A program made the translations under genes and the position numbers. From Bdellovibrionia bacterium (GTDB taxonomy: Bacteria > Bdellovibrionota > UBA1018), in NCBI GenBank assembly GCA_049424145.1, contig JBMSSC010000033.1:1-23730 (forward strand): 23,730 bases of DNA, read 5' to 3'. The notes beneath the pieces are model-generated. The model ran no database searches and was not told the DNA's origin. It saw only the letters and a program-made list of their open reading frames with translations. Below are positions 1 through 8,396 of the stretch, one piece after another; position 1 is the stretch's first letter; every line of letters begins with the position of its first letter.

Positions 1-113
1 CCCCCTGGACTGGACTCATCGAGCCCGCCCAAAATCCAATAGGCCCGGTCTCTATTCTTCGAAGCAATGGTTTAAAAGGAGATTTAGGTTGGGACTATTA
101 CTCCTCGGCGCGA

Positions 114-716
114 TTGAAGTACCAGCTTGGAGATTTGATTTACGGACTCAATGAATATCGCACCCCTACGGTCAAAGCTCTCGAGAGCGCTCTGAACTCC
201 TCTCTGAATCCGGCAGTCACCATCGATTCTTTTAATGATCAACTTTTTGCATTCCTCGTGAATCCGAGTGACCAGCAAACGGATACTCGGTCCGTCCTGG
301 AGTTCACGGCTGAAGCACAAAAGCGTTTTCATGGTTACTTGAACTACCTCAAACGACATCCTGACTTTTCACCCAGCACTCGAAGGCAAGGCCGAGGAGA
401 CCCCGAGGACATCGCCATTAAAAGAGCCTGTAAGGCGGCTATTGGCTTCACTCTTTCTCAGGGAAACACCATTCACTTCATCTTAGATGGACTGGATGAA
501 CAGGCAGCCACAGGCTTGGGCAACTCCTCCCGTCCCTATGCGAGTTTTACCAACGCAGAACTGAGGTTTTTATTTAAAACCCAACTCGGAAACCCTGAAA
601 TCTTAAATCAGGTTCGATTCTATCGAAAGGGAGAGGTCCTTGAACTCCCCCCTTGGATGGAGGATTCCGAAACTTTAAACGAACTCTGGCAGCAATATAA
701 AGACGAAAAAAGCTAA
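114..716 (+). CDS. Hypothetical protein resembling the C-terminal effector domain of Tc-toxin C subunits/Rhs proteins and EspK-like effectors
   Basis: 200-aa ORF with TTG start; the frame is also open back to base 3. Motif series GDLIYGL...RACKAAI...TIHFILDGLD...SFTNAELRFLF...VRFYRKG...PPW matches my recollection of that family. Not verified by search. Confidence 0.55.
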   Translation: MKYQLGDLIYGLNEYRTPTVKALESALNSSLNPAVTIDSFNDQLFAFLVNPSDQQTDTRSVLEFTAEAQKRFHGYLNYLKRHPDFSPSTRRQGRGDPEDIAIKRACKAAIGFTLSQGNTIHFILDGLDEQAATGLGNSSRPYASFTNAELRFLFKTQLGNPEILNQVRFYRKGEVLELPPWMEDSETLNELWQQYKDEKS

Positions 717-849
717 TCGTCCTCAGTTTTAGGCTGCCCTCACCTGAGCCACTGGCTTCTCAGAAAAGTGGGATCCCTCAGATTTTTGCCTCTGTCACGG
801 TCTCGTTTTAAAAAAAAGAGAGCTTCATTGCACCTTTTCCTAGGATTTG

Positions 850-877
850 CTTGCCAAGGTCAAAACCATCCCCATTA
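850..877 (+). promoter_or_regulatory. Putative sigma32 (RpoH)-type heat-shock promoter of lon
   Basis: CTTGCCA (850-856), 13-nt spacer, CCCCATTA (870-877), versus consensus CTTGAAA-N13/14-CCCCATNT. lon is a classic RpoH-regulon gene. Confidence 0.55.
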
Positions 878-933
878 AAAAGGAATCACGTGCAATAAGG
901 GTGATAGGACTTCAAGAATTGAGGCACAAAAGC

Positions 934-3417
934 ATGTTAGAAAAAGATCACACGAACGAATCGAAAAATGGATTGGACTCCGATCGCACCGCACCGGCAG
1001 ACCCCTCCAACCCCGATTCTTCTCGATCCGGCAGCGTGGCTCTGACGGATCAACTGATGCCCACCAATCTGTTTATCCTCCCCACCAACAGCCCGATTGT
1101 ATTTCCTACCTTGCTCGCTCCGCTTTTAGTGACTCATCCTCGATTAGTGGCCATGATTGAAGAGGCGATTAACCGTCAGCGGATGATCGGATTAGTGTTG
1201 GTCAAAGAGGGTGACATCAAAGAAGACATCAAGCCTGAGCACCTCTACCCCGTGGGCGTTGCCGTAAAGATCATTAAGCGGCTGAAGATGCCGGATGGCT
1301 CGGTGAACCTCTTGGTTCACAGCATGAAGCGGTTTCGAAGCAAAAGAATCCTCTCCGAGCAGCCCTACATTGTTGTTGAAACGGAGTACTTAGACGACCG
1401 AGTGGAGAAGACCACGGAGACGGATGCCCTGACGCGCTCGATTGTCAACCATGTGAAAAAACTCTCGGAGATCAACCCGTTTTTCACGGAAGAAATGAAG
1501 CTTGCCATGATCAACGCTCCGGGCCCAGGAACCGTGGCTGATCTGGTGGCCTTTGCCCTCACCCTTCCTAAATCCGATGCCCAGGATTACCTGGAAACGC
1601 TCTCGGTGAAAGCCCGATTTGAAAAACTCCTTCTGCACCTCAAACGAGAGCAAGACGTTGCGGACTTACAAAAGAAAATCAACGAGGACGTCAACAGTAA
1701 GTTAGGCAAGCTCCAAAGAGAGTTCTTTTTAAAAGAGCAGCTGAAATCGATTAAAAAAGAGCTCGGCATGGAGATTGACGGTAAGGACAAGTCGAGCCAA
1801 AAGTTTAGAGCCCGCATTGAGTCAGCAGGGATGCCTGAGGAAGCCAAAAAGATCGCCTTAGAAGAGCTGGAGAAGTTTGAATCCATTTCAGAGACGTCGC
1901 CCGAGTACAACCTGACGCGAAACTACCTGGAGACCCTTTGCTCACTGCCTTGGAGCACTGAATCCGTCGATCAACTCGATCTCGAGCGCGCTCAGAAGAT
2001 CCTCGATGAGAATCACTATGGGTTAGAGAAGGTCAAAGAACGAATCATTGAGTTTTTAGCCGTTCGCAAACTCAAGCAGGATCCCAAGGGATCGATGATT
2101 TGCCTCGTGGGTCCCCCGGGCGTGGGAAAAACCTCCATTGGCAAATCCATTGCAAAGACCTTAGACCGAAGCTTCTTTCGCTTCTCGCTTGGGGGCATGA
2201 GAGACGAGGCTGAGATCAAAGGCCACCGCAGGACTTACGTGGGTGCCATGCCCGGTAAAGTCCTTCAAGGCTTAAAACGAGCCGGAACGAAAAACGCCGT
2301 TCTCATGCTGGATGAAATCGATAAGCTCGGAAGCAGTTTTCAAGGGGATCCTGCCTCAGCTCTTTTAGAAGTGCTTGATCCGGAGCAAAACAGCACTTTT
2401 TTAGATCACTACTTAGACATCCCCTTTGATCTATCCCGCGTCCTGTTCATCACAACAGCCAATACGGTGAGTTCCATTCCAGGCCCCCTCTTAGATCGCA
2501 TGGAGGTCATTGAACTCCCTGGCTACACGCTTGAGGAAAAAGAACAGATTGCCCAACAGTATGTGATCCCCCGGGAATTAGAAGCCAACGGTGTGAGCCC
2601 CTCTCAGCTAAAGATTGAGAAAAAAGCGCTCCGCCAAATGATGACCGACTATGCTCGCGAGCCAGGCTTAAGGTCCTTACAAAAACTCATTAACCAGATT
2701 GCCCGCAAATCCGCCACGCAAATTGTAAAAAATGAGCAGGCCCTCAGGAAAGCCAAAAAACCAACGCCTCCTTCCAAAAAAGGGGCTCCCATTGTGATTC
2801 GAGAAGGAGACCTTCAAAAGTGGTTAGGACCAAAGCGATTTTACAATGAGGCCGCTAGCCGAATTGTGGCTCCAGGCGTGGTGATCGGTCTGGCTTGGAC
2901 GGCCTTAGGTGGCGACATCCTGTTCATTGAAGCAGCTGAAGTGCCCGGCTCAGGCCTTTTAAAGCTGACAGGACAAATGGGAGGCGTCATGACGGAAAGC
3001 GCGAACATTGCCTGGAGTTACATTAAGAAGAAGATCATCTTAGAGGGCATCCAAGAGCGAAAGTACTTTAAGTCCTATGACTACCATCTGCATATCCCTG
3101 CAGGAGCGATCCCCAAAGATGGCCCATCTGCTGGGATCACGATGGCCACAGCGCTCTACTCGCTTCTCACCGGACGGAAGGTTAAAAACAAGATCGCCAT
3201 GACGGGCGAGCTCTCGTTGATTGGGAAAGTCCTTCCCGTGGGAGGAATTAAAGAGAAAGTCCTTGCCGCTCGACGCTCTGGGATTCACACTCTGATTCTG
3301 CCCAAACTCAATGAAAAAGACGTCACTGAAATTCCAGCGTATGCTCTTTCAGGGATGACGATTCATTACGTCAACCACATTGAGGAAGTTTTACCCTTGG
3401 CTCTAAAACTGTCTTAA
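934..3417 (+). CDS. lon: ATP-dependent Lon protease (LonA)
   Basis: LON N-domain, Walker A GPPGVGKT, HRRTYVGAMPG, Walker B MLDEIDK, catalytic PKDGPSAG and GGIKEK (Ser-Lys dyad). ATG 934 preferred over TTG 847 because GAGG lies at 921-924 and the promoter-like motif lies at 850-877. Confidence 0.97.
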   Translation: MLEKDHTNESKNGLDSDRTAPADPSNPDSSRSGSVALTDQLMPTNLFILPTNSPIVFPTLLAPLLVTHPRLVAMIEEAINRQRMIGLVLVKEGDIKEDIKPEHLYPVGVAVKIIKRLKMPDGSVNLLVHSMKRFRSKRILSEQPYIVVETEYLDDRVEKTTETDALTRSIVNHVKKLSEINPFFTEEMKLAMINAPGPGTVADLVAFALTLPKSDAQDYLETLSVKARFEKLLLHLKREQDVADLQKKINEDVNSKLGKLQREFFLKEQLKSIKKELGMEIDGKDKSSQKFRARIESAGMPEEAKKIALEELEKFESISETSPEYNLTRNYLETLCSLPWSTESVDQLDLERAQKILDENHYGLEKVKERIIEFLAVRKLKQDPKGSMICLVGPPGVGKTSIGKSIAKTLDRSFFRFSLGGMRDEAEIKGHRRTYVGAMPGKVLQGLKRAGTKNAVLMLDEIDKLGSSFQGDPASALLEVLDPEQNSTFLDHYLDIPFDLSRVLFITTANTVSSIPGPLLDRMEVIELPGYTLEEKEQIAQQYVIPRELEANGVSPSQLKIEKKALRQMMTDYAREPGLRSLQKLINQIARKSATQIVKNEQALRKAKKPTPPSKKGAPIVIREGDLQKWLGPKRFYNEAASRIVAPGVVIGLAWTALGGDILFIEAAEVPGSGLLKLTGQMGGVMTESANIAWSYIKKKIILEGIQERKYFKSYDYHLHIPAGAIPKDGPSAGITMATALYSLLTGRKVKNKIAMTGELSLIGKVLPVGGIKEKVLAARRSGIHTLILPKLNEKDVTEIPAYALSGMTIHYVNHIEEVLPLALKLS

Positions 3418-4281
3418 ATCTTTGGACCAAAGGACTTCCCCTGAGATGCCATCCACCATCATCTCGCGACCCTCGATGAAGATTCGATAGGCAATGTGCC
3501 CCTCAGTGGCATTGATCATAGAAATCACCTGAGAGACGCCTTGGGGCTCCATCCGCGTAGCATTCGTCACGGACTCCTGTGCATGAGAGGCCCTCCAAGC
3601 CGAAGTCCAAGCCACACTTTCCTGAATCTGCGGCTCACCCAAAATCCTGGGACGAAGCACATAATCGGACTCCACCGAGAGGATCTCTCCGTGCTTGCCC
3701 AGATCCACTCGCACGCTGCCGTCAGGATAAAACGGAATCCCCCGATAAGTTTGCCTAAAACTCACCTGGGCGGACATTGGACCGCAGTGCGGCTCCGAGG
3801 CCATGAGAGGAAACTCGGGATCCACGCCCATCAGACTTGCCAATGCGTTTTGAATCTCTTGGCTGCGCTGAATCACCTCCTTGGGGTCCGATGGATCAAA
3901 CCCCTGCAACGCGCGCGTGCTCCGGTCAAGAGGCGAGGGAAGCGGAGCACCCTGAATGGAAACTAAGACGCCCTGTTTGCTAAAGCGAGGAACCAGGTGA
4001 GCCCCAAACCTTTGTGTGAACTGCTCCCACTGTTGAGAGGAGGAGGACTTTTGCGCGGGCACGACTGAGGAGGACACCCCAGAATCAGCTCCGGTGGCCA
4101 GAGGTGATCCTAACGAACGAGCCTTGGAATCGGAATGAGAAGGGGCTTTCCCCGAATTTCCTGCCACCTGGGCAGGGACCCTTCCCTCCTGCGTTTGAGT
4201 CCCTGATTGGAACCAATGGATGCCACCCCAAAGCAGCATCAAAACCGCACCAAGCGCTAAAATCCACCGTTGAGCCTTCAT
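3403..4281 (-). CDS. Stand-alone metalloprotease propeptide-like protein (signal anchor + Ser/Gly linker + FTP-like + PepSY-like domains), no catalytic domain
   Basis: Hydrophobic N-terminus WILALGAVLMLLWGG; FTP-like VSFRQTYRGIPFYPDGSVRVDLGKHGEILSVESDY; PepSY-like PQIQESVAW...IAYRIFI...VDGISGEVLW at the very C-terminus; no HEXXH; GGAGG RBS 5 nt before the ATG. Confidence 0.75.
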   Translation of the reverse strand: MKAQRWILALGAVLMLLWGGIHWFQSGTQTQEGRVPAQVAGNSGKAPSHSDSKARSLGSPLATGADSGVSSSVVPAQKSSSSQQWEQFTQRFGAHLVPRFSKQGVLVSIQGAPLPSPLDRSTRALQGFDPSDPKEVIQRSQEIQNALASLMGVDPEFPLMASEPHCGPMSAQVSFRQTYRGIPFYPDGSVRVDLGKHGEILSVESDYVLRPRILGEPQIQESVAWTSAWRASHAQESVTNATRMEPQGVSQVISMINATEGHIAYRIFIEGREMMVDGISGEVLWSKDLRQF

Positions 4282-4298
4282 GAAGTCCTCCGAGCGTT

Positions 4299-6287
4299 TT
4301 ATTCGATGGTGAGTTCAACGGTTCTCTTGGAGGCCACTGCATTGGACGGCGCAGCTTCAATCTCAAGCTCCACTGTTTTTCCATGTGAAGCCCCCTCCGC
4401 CACCTTCACCCAAACGGCTGTCCTTAAACTCCGATTAAAAAATGGATTGGTTTTAAAATAACTATTTCCTATTGGAATACTCGACCGCCCCAATCCTGAT
4501 CCTAAAGCTGTGACAATGGAATTTCCATTAATTTTTTCATACATGACTTGCGTTTGATTCAGCCCTGATCGAGTCATATAACCCACATTGATCCGCTGAT
4601 CGAGGATCTCAAGATCGGGATCCAAGGAGCTCACCGTTACAAGAACTCCGCCCACCGTGGGATCCGCTTGATTCTGAAGATCAAACCAAAGGGTGGCGAT
4701 CTCACCGGGATTCAGCGTGTGATTGACTTGAGGGGTAAATCGACGAAACACGGCTTGAGAATCCACCCCCAGCTGATCCAACCACCCGGAGAGCACCTCG
4801 GGATTATCCTCAATATACACCCCCGGAGTCAGGGCAGTTGAGCCACCCACAGTGGCACCACTGCCTAAGCCCAGCCAATCCTCACGATCCACAAAGGGAG
4901 CATCAAATAAACCTCGAGCTCGAAGAGCGGCTTGGATGCGACTTTGGTCCACGGAGTTCAGGCCAGAAATCCAGGGAGCATAATTCACCAAGTTCTGAGC
5001 AAAAAGAAGAAAGGTCACAGGCGAGTGATTCGTAGTGGTGTTCGGCTTTGGCAAATGCCTGAGAGACTCAAGAATCAGTTGAGAAACCATCTTCTTTGCC
5101 GATGCCTCATCCTCGGAATGCCCTGAAAGCACTGCTGAGTAAACATCCCACAACGCCCCCAGCATCACCATCCCCGCATTATGAATCTCCTCTTGAGACG
5201 GATAACCCAGGAAGATTTTCTGAGCCGCTTGACTGCCTTTCACATTGGCAGGATAAGGCCAGCCTAAACCGTCTGGATAAACATAACTGATGGTCGTCTG
5301 ATACCCATTCTCCTGACGGGGAAGAGAAAACCCGGGAAACCCGTCACACGAGGGATACCGAGAATCGTATACGGGGCATAGATGGGCGCCTCGGACATGA
5401 CTACTTTTCGGATCAAAGGTTCCCAGCGCCCAGCGACTAAACACGCGGGGGTCTAGATTTCTTGAGGAAACTTGAGGTGCCGTAAAAATCAAACTCATCA
5501 CATCGGAGATCGCCTCATTTAAAGCGCCTGCTTCGTCATAGAAGAGCTGACTTAAGTCATGCTCACTGGAATACTGCTCGGAAGTGGTTGCATGCTGAAG
5601 CTCATGGAGAGTGACCACAGCATCATCCCCATAAAACGCCCCAGGGGTTCTTACGGAATCCCCCAAGCACACTCGCTTGACTGGATTTCCCCGTGAATCC
5701 ATGCCTCGAATAAAGTAGGCATTATCATTTAATTCACAATGAGCGATGATCTGAACAGGCCCCCCAGCTGAGCTTCGACTTCTACCGCCGGTTGCCCCTG
5801 ATGGCTGAAGGTACCCAATGCTGTCTAAAAAGGACTGATAGGAATCCCCGAAGTAATACGTCATGGCTTCACCAAAACGCCAGTCTCGATGACTGTAGAT
5901 AAACTGATTGGCAGGATCGTAAGCGCCATACTTTTCCTGACACTTAAGCCCATTTAAGACTTGAATGTAGGAGCCTGAAAGCACTCCATTGCCCCGCAAA
6001 TGCGCTAACTCCACCGTTTGAAGGAGTTGATCCAAAGGACCCACTCTGGGCGTCAGTCCTCGATTTCCAGAGCGCACAATGGGGTCTGGGTTAAACACTT
6101 GAGCAAGACCCACGGAACCTAACCCGGAGGGCAAGCGCTTGGGAGCGCAAGAGGCCTGATCCGCAGGCTCAAGTCCAGTGGAGCTAGGGGAGTCTCCCAA
6201 GCCCAGACACCCAGAGAGGCCCAAAAAAAGCAACAAGAGCACAGACGTTCGAACCAGAGCTAACTGAGAAGTGCGTTTTTTAATCAT
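4299..6287 (-). CDS. Thermolysin-like (M4/M36-type) zinc metalloprotease lipoprotein with C-terminal Ig/CARDB-like domain
   Basis: Lipobox LSG-C27; NAYF (thermolysin NAFW); HELQH (5592-5606); GALNEAISD with the third Zn ligand Glu (about 5502-5528); EEIHNAG (thermolysin VHINSG); C-terminal LNPGE...LQNQ...GVLVTVSSLDP beta-sandwich pattern. Confidence 0.88.
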   Translation of the reverse strand: MIKKRTSQLALVRTSVLLLLFLGLSGCLGLGDSPSSTGLEPADQASCAPKRLPSGLGSVGLAQVFNPDPIVRSGNRGLTPRVGPLDQLLQTVELAHLRGNGVLSGSYIQVLNGLKCQEKYGAYDPANQFIYSHRDWRFGEAMTYYFGDSYQSFLDSIGYLQPSGATGGRSRSSAGGPVQIIAHCELNDNAYFIRGMDSRGNPVKRVCLGDSVRTPGAFYGDDAVVTLHELQHATTSEQYSSEHDLSQLFYDEAGALNEAISDVMSLIFTAPQVSSRNLDPRVFSRWALGTFDPKSSHVRGAHLCPVYDSRYPSCDGFPGFSLPRQENGYQTTISYVYPDGLGWPYPANVKGSQAAQKIFLGYPSQEEIHNAGMVMLGALWDVYSAVLSGHSEDEASAKKMVSQLILESLRHLPKPNTTTNHSPVTFLLFAQNLVNYAPWISGLNSVDQSRIQAALRARGLFDAPFVDREDWLGLGSGATVGGSTALTPGVYIEDNPEVLSGWLDQLGVDSQAVFRRFTPQVNHTLNPGEIATLWFDLQNQADPTVGGVLVTVSSLDPDLEILDQRINVGYMTRSGLNQTQVMYEKINGNSIVTALGSGLGRSSIPIGNSYFKTNPFFNRSLRTAVWVKVAEGASHGKTVELEIEAAPSNAVASKRTVELTIE

Positions 6288-6303
6288 TCACCTTCCATTC
6301 TAC

Positions 6304-6321
6304 TTCAACCCTCGGGTTGAA
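6304..6321. promoter_or_regulatory. Perfect inverted repeat upstream of the protease RBS (possible operator or RNA hairpin)
   Basis: TTCAACCC-TC-GGGTTGAA in the 65-nt ilvA-protease spacer, 16 nt from the protease ATG. Confidence 0.35.
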
Positions 6322-6352
6322 ACGGAGTGACAACTCACGAGATGCAACTCCG

Positions 6353-7585
6353 CTAACGCACAACTTCAAGCCTGAGAACTATTTTTCTTAACTCTTTTAA
6401 TAACTCCTGCGTATGCTGCACGCCTCGCGTTTCAAGCGTCAAGGCCACATCCGTCTGATCAATCTGAACGGAGGGCTCGTTTCGATCATGAATAGCTTGC
6501 AGGATATTGGCTCCCTGCTGAGCAATGACGCTCGTCAACTTGGCCAATGACCCAGGACGATCCGCCAGTAAGACGTTTAAACGAACCCTGCGACCCGTGC
6601 ACACTAACCCTCGGTCAATAATGCGCGATAACAGGTTCACATCAATGTTTCCGCCACTGATGATCAGAACAACTTTTTTCCCACGGATTTTTTTCTTCAA
6701 CTGCTCAAGAGCGGCCAAAGGAACGGCACACGAGCCCTCAGCAATGATCTTAGCTTTCTCAATGAGCATCAGCACGGACGCCGCAATCGCATCCTCCTCC
6801 ACCTCGACCCATTCATCGATCTTTCCACTCAGAAAACGCCGAATCCGATCACTGGCTTTCATCACCGCAATGCCATCGGCAAACGTATCGACCGACTCCA
6901 AGGTAATGGATCTTCCTTTGCGAATGGATTGAATCATGGAGGATGCTCGCGCTGCCTGACAGGCCACCACCTGTGTCTTAGGACTGAGCCCCTCAAACAC
7001 GGTTGCCACCCCAGACATGAGCCCCCCTCCTCCCACGCTTCCCACCACATAATCCACTTGGGGAAGCTGCTCTAGGATTTCAAGAGCCACCGTACCTTGA
7101 CCCGCAATGATCTCCGGATCATCAAAGGCATGAATCAAGATTCGACCCTGTTTTCGGCTCACCTTCTTGGCATACGCACAGGCCTGATCATAATTCTGCC
7201 CCTGCAAAATCACCTGGGCCCCTAAGCTTTGAGTGTTTTGAATCTTCATGATCGAAGCTGACTTGGACATCACAATGCAGGCATGAGTGCCAAGCTTAGC
7301 TGAGGCCCAGGCAACTCCCTGCGCATGATTCCCCGCACTTGCAGCAATCACCCCTTGACTCTTCTGCTTCCGACTCAGTTGGGAGATTTTATACGTGGCC
7401 CCCCGAATCTTAAACGACCCAATGGGTTGCATGTTCTCGAGCTTCAAATACACCCGACACTCCAGGGCATCACTTAACCACGGGTTGTAGAGCAAAGGCG
7501 ACGGGGGTAAATGCTTTTGAATCTCTTTTCTAGCCTCTTGGATATCCGCAAGCGTCACATTCAACGCCGGTTTCACTCGACTCAT
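6353..7585 (-). CDS. ilvA: Threonine ammonia-lyase (PLP-dependent, single C-terminal ACT domain; IlvA/TdcB-type)
   Basis: LKLENMQPIGSFKIRG (PLP lysine), ASAGNHAQGVA, GGGGL, ISGGNID, ACT domain starting DRPGSL. Confidence 0.93.
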   Translation of the reverse strand: MSRVKPALNVTLADIQEARKEIQKHLPPSPLLYNPWLSDALECRVYLKLENMQPIGSFKIRGATYKISQLSRKQKSQGVIAASAGNHAQGVAWASAKLGTHACIVMSKSASIMKIQNTQSLGAQVILQGQNYDQACAYAKKVSRKQGRILIHAFDDPEIIAGQGTVALEILEQLPQVDYVVGSVGGGGLMSGVATVFEGLSPKTQVVACQAARASSMIQSIRKGRSITLESVDTFADGIAVMKASDRIRRFLSGKIDEWVEVEEDAIAASVLMLIEKAKIIAEGSCAVPLAALEQLKKKIRGKKVVLIISGGNIDVNLLSRIIDRGLVCTGRRVRLNVLLADRPGSLAKLTSVIAQQGANILQAIHDRNEPSVQIDQTDVALTLETRGVQHTQELLKELRKIVLRLEVVR

Positions 7586-7615
7586 CTTTCCCCCCCCCCA
7601 ATCAATTTTCCCGGC

Positions 7616-8296
7616 TTAAAGACGACCTGAAACTGGAATCAACGCTCCATGCATGACCTGACCCTGAGGACTCGTTAAATCAAAAATGATCTGCGCTAAA
7701 TCCTCAGGAGAAACCCACCGGGAGAAATCCTCCTTGGGCATGGCCTTTCGATTGGCCTCCGTATCGAGGACAGTGGGTAACACCGCATTCACGCAAATGT
7801 TCCATCCCTTCGTCTCCTCTGCCAAAGATTCGGTCAAAATATTGAGCCCCGCTTTGGACGCTGCATAAGCCGACATCCCTACCGTTGGTCTTAAAGTGGC
7901 TTTCGAACTCACGAGCACAATCCGACCCCAGTTCCGCTTCTTCATCCCCGGCAGTATCTCCCGAGCCAGGTAAAAAGCCGACCTCAAGTTTAAGTTGATC
8001 AAAAAGTCCAAATCCTCATCCGTCACCTGCTCCACGGTACTGAAGCGAAATCCTCCAGCGCAATGCACCCAGGCATCAAAATGAGCCTCTGAAAACGTCT
8101 TACGCACCCAGCGAGAATCACAGAGGTCCACGGTGACCCACTCCAAGGCCTCATGCTCCACCCCTGCCGCCTTGGGATCCGGGTAAATCGTCCCGGTGAC
8201 TCGACAACCTGCCTTTAAATACTTTTGAACCACCACCCGACCCAATGATCCTTGAGCACCCGTGATGAGAACTTTTTTGGGTAACTGGAATTTCAT
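7616..8296 (-). CDS. Short-chain dehydrogenase/reductase (SDR)
   Basis: ITGAQGSLG Rossmann motif, catalytic S...YAASK, VNAVLP. Confidence 0.92.
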   Translation of the reverse strand: MKFQLPKKVLITGAQGSLGRVVVQKYLKAGCRVTGTIYPDPKAAGVEHEALEWVTVDLCDSRWVRKTFSEAHFDAWVHCAGGFRFSTVEQVTDEDLDFLINLNLRSAFYLAREILPGMKKRNWGRIVLVSSKATLRPTVGMSAYAASKAGLNILTESLAEETKGWNICVNAVLPTVLDTEANRKAMPKEDFSRWVSPEDLAQIIFDLTSPQGQVMHGALIPVSGRL

Positions 8297-8396
8297 TTTA
8301 AGAATAATACCAATTTTTCAGAAGGATCACCGCCTAAAATTGCCTAAATTCAATCATTCTATGGCGGATTACTGATGTTTCAAGTAGACTCAAGAA

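Noticed and set aside
839..850. 12-mer CCTAGGATTTGC shared upstream of lon and alaS (23544-23555, minus strand)
   Set aside because: Only two copies; one such match among the intergenic DNA is not clearly beyond chance.
847..933. N-terminal extension of Lon from TTG 847
   Set aside because: It overlaps the promoter-like motif and has no RBS; ATG 934 has one.
3496..3966. 156-aa plus-strand ORF, and the other short ORFs nested in or antisense to called genes (e.g. 6525-6932, 11832-12326, 14510-14890)
   Set aside because: Shadow frames of well-supported genes with no recognisable motifs.
3403..6287. Protease and propeptide genes as one frameshifted pseudogene
   Set aside because: The order is the reverse of a precursor, and each ORF has its own RBS and export signal.
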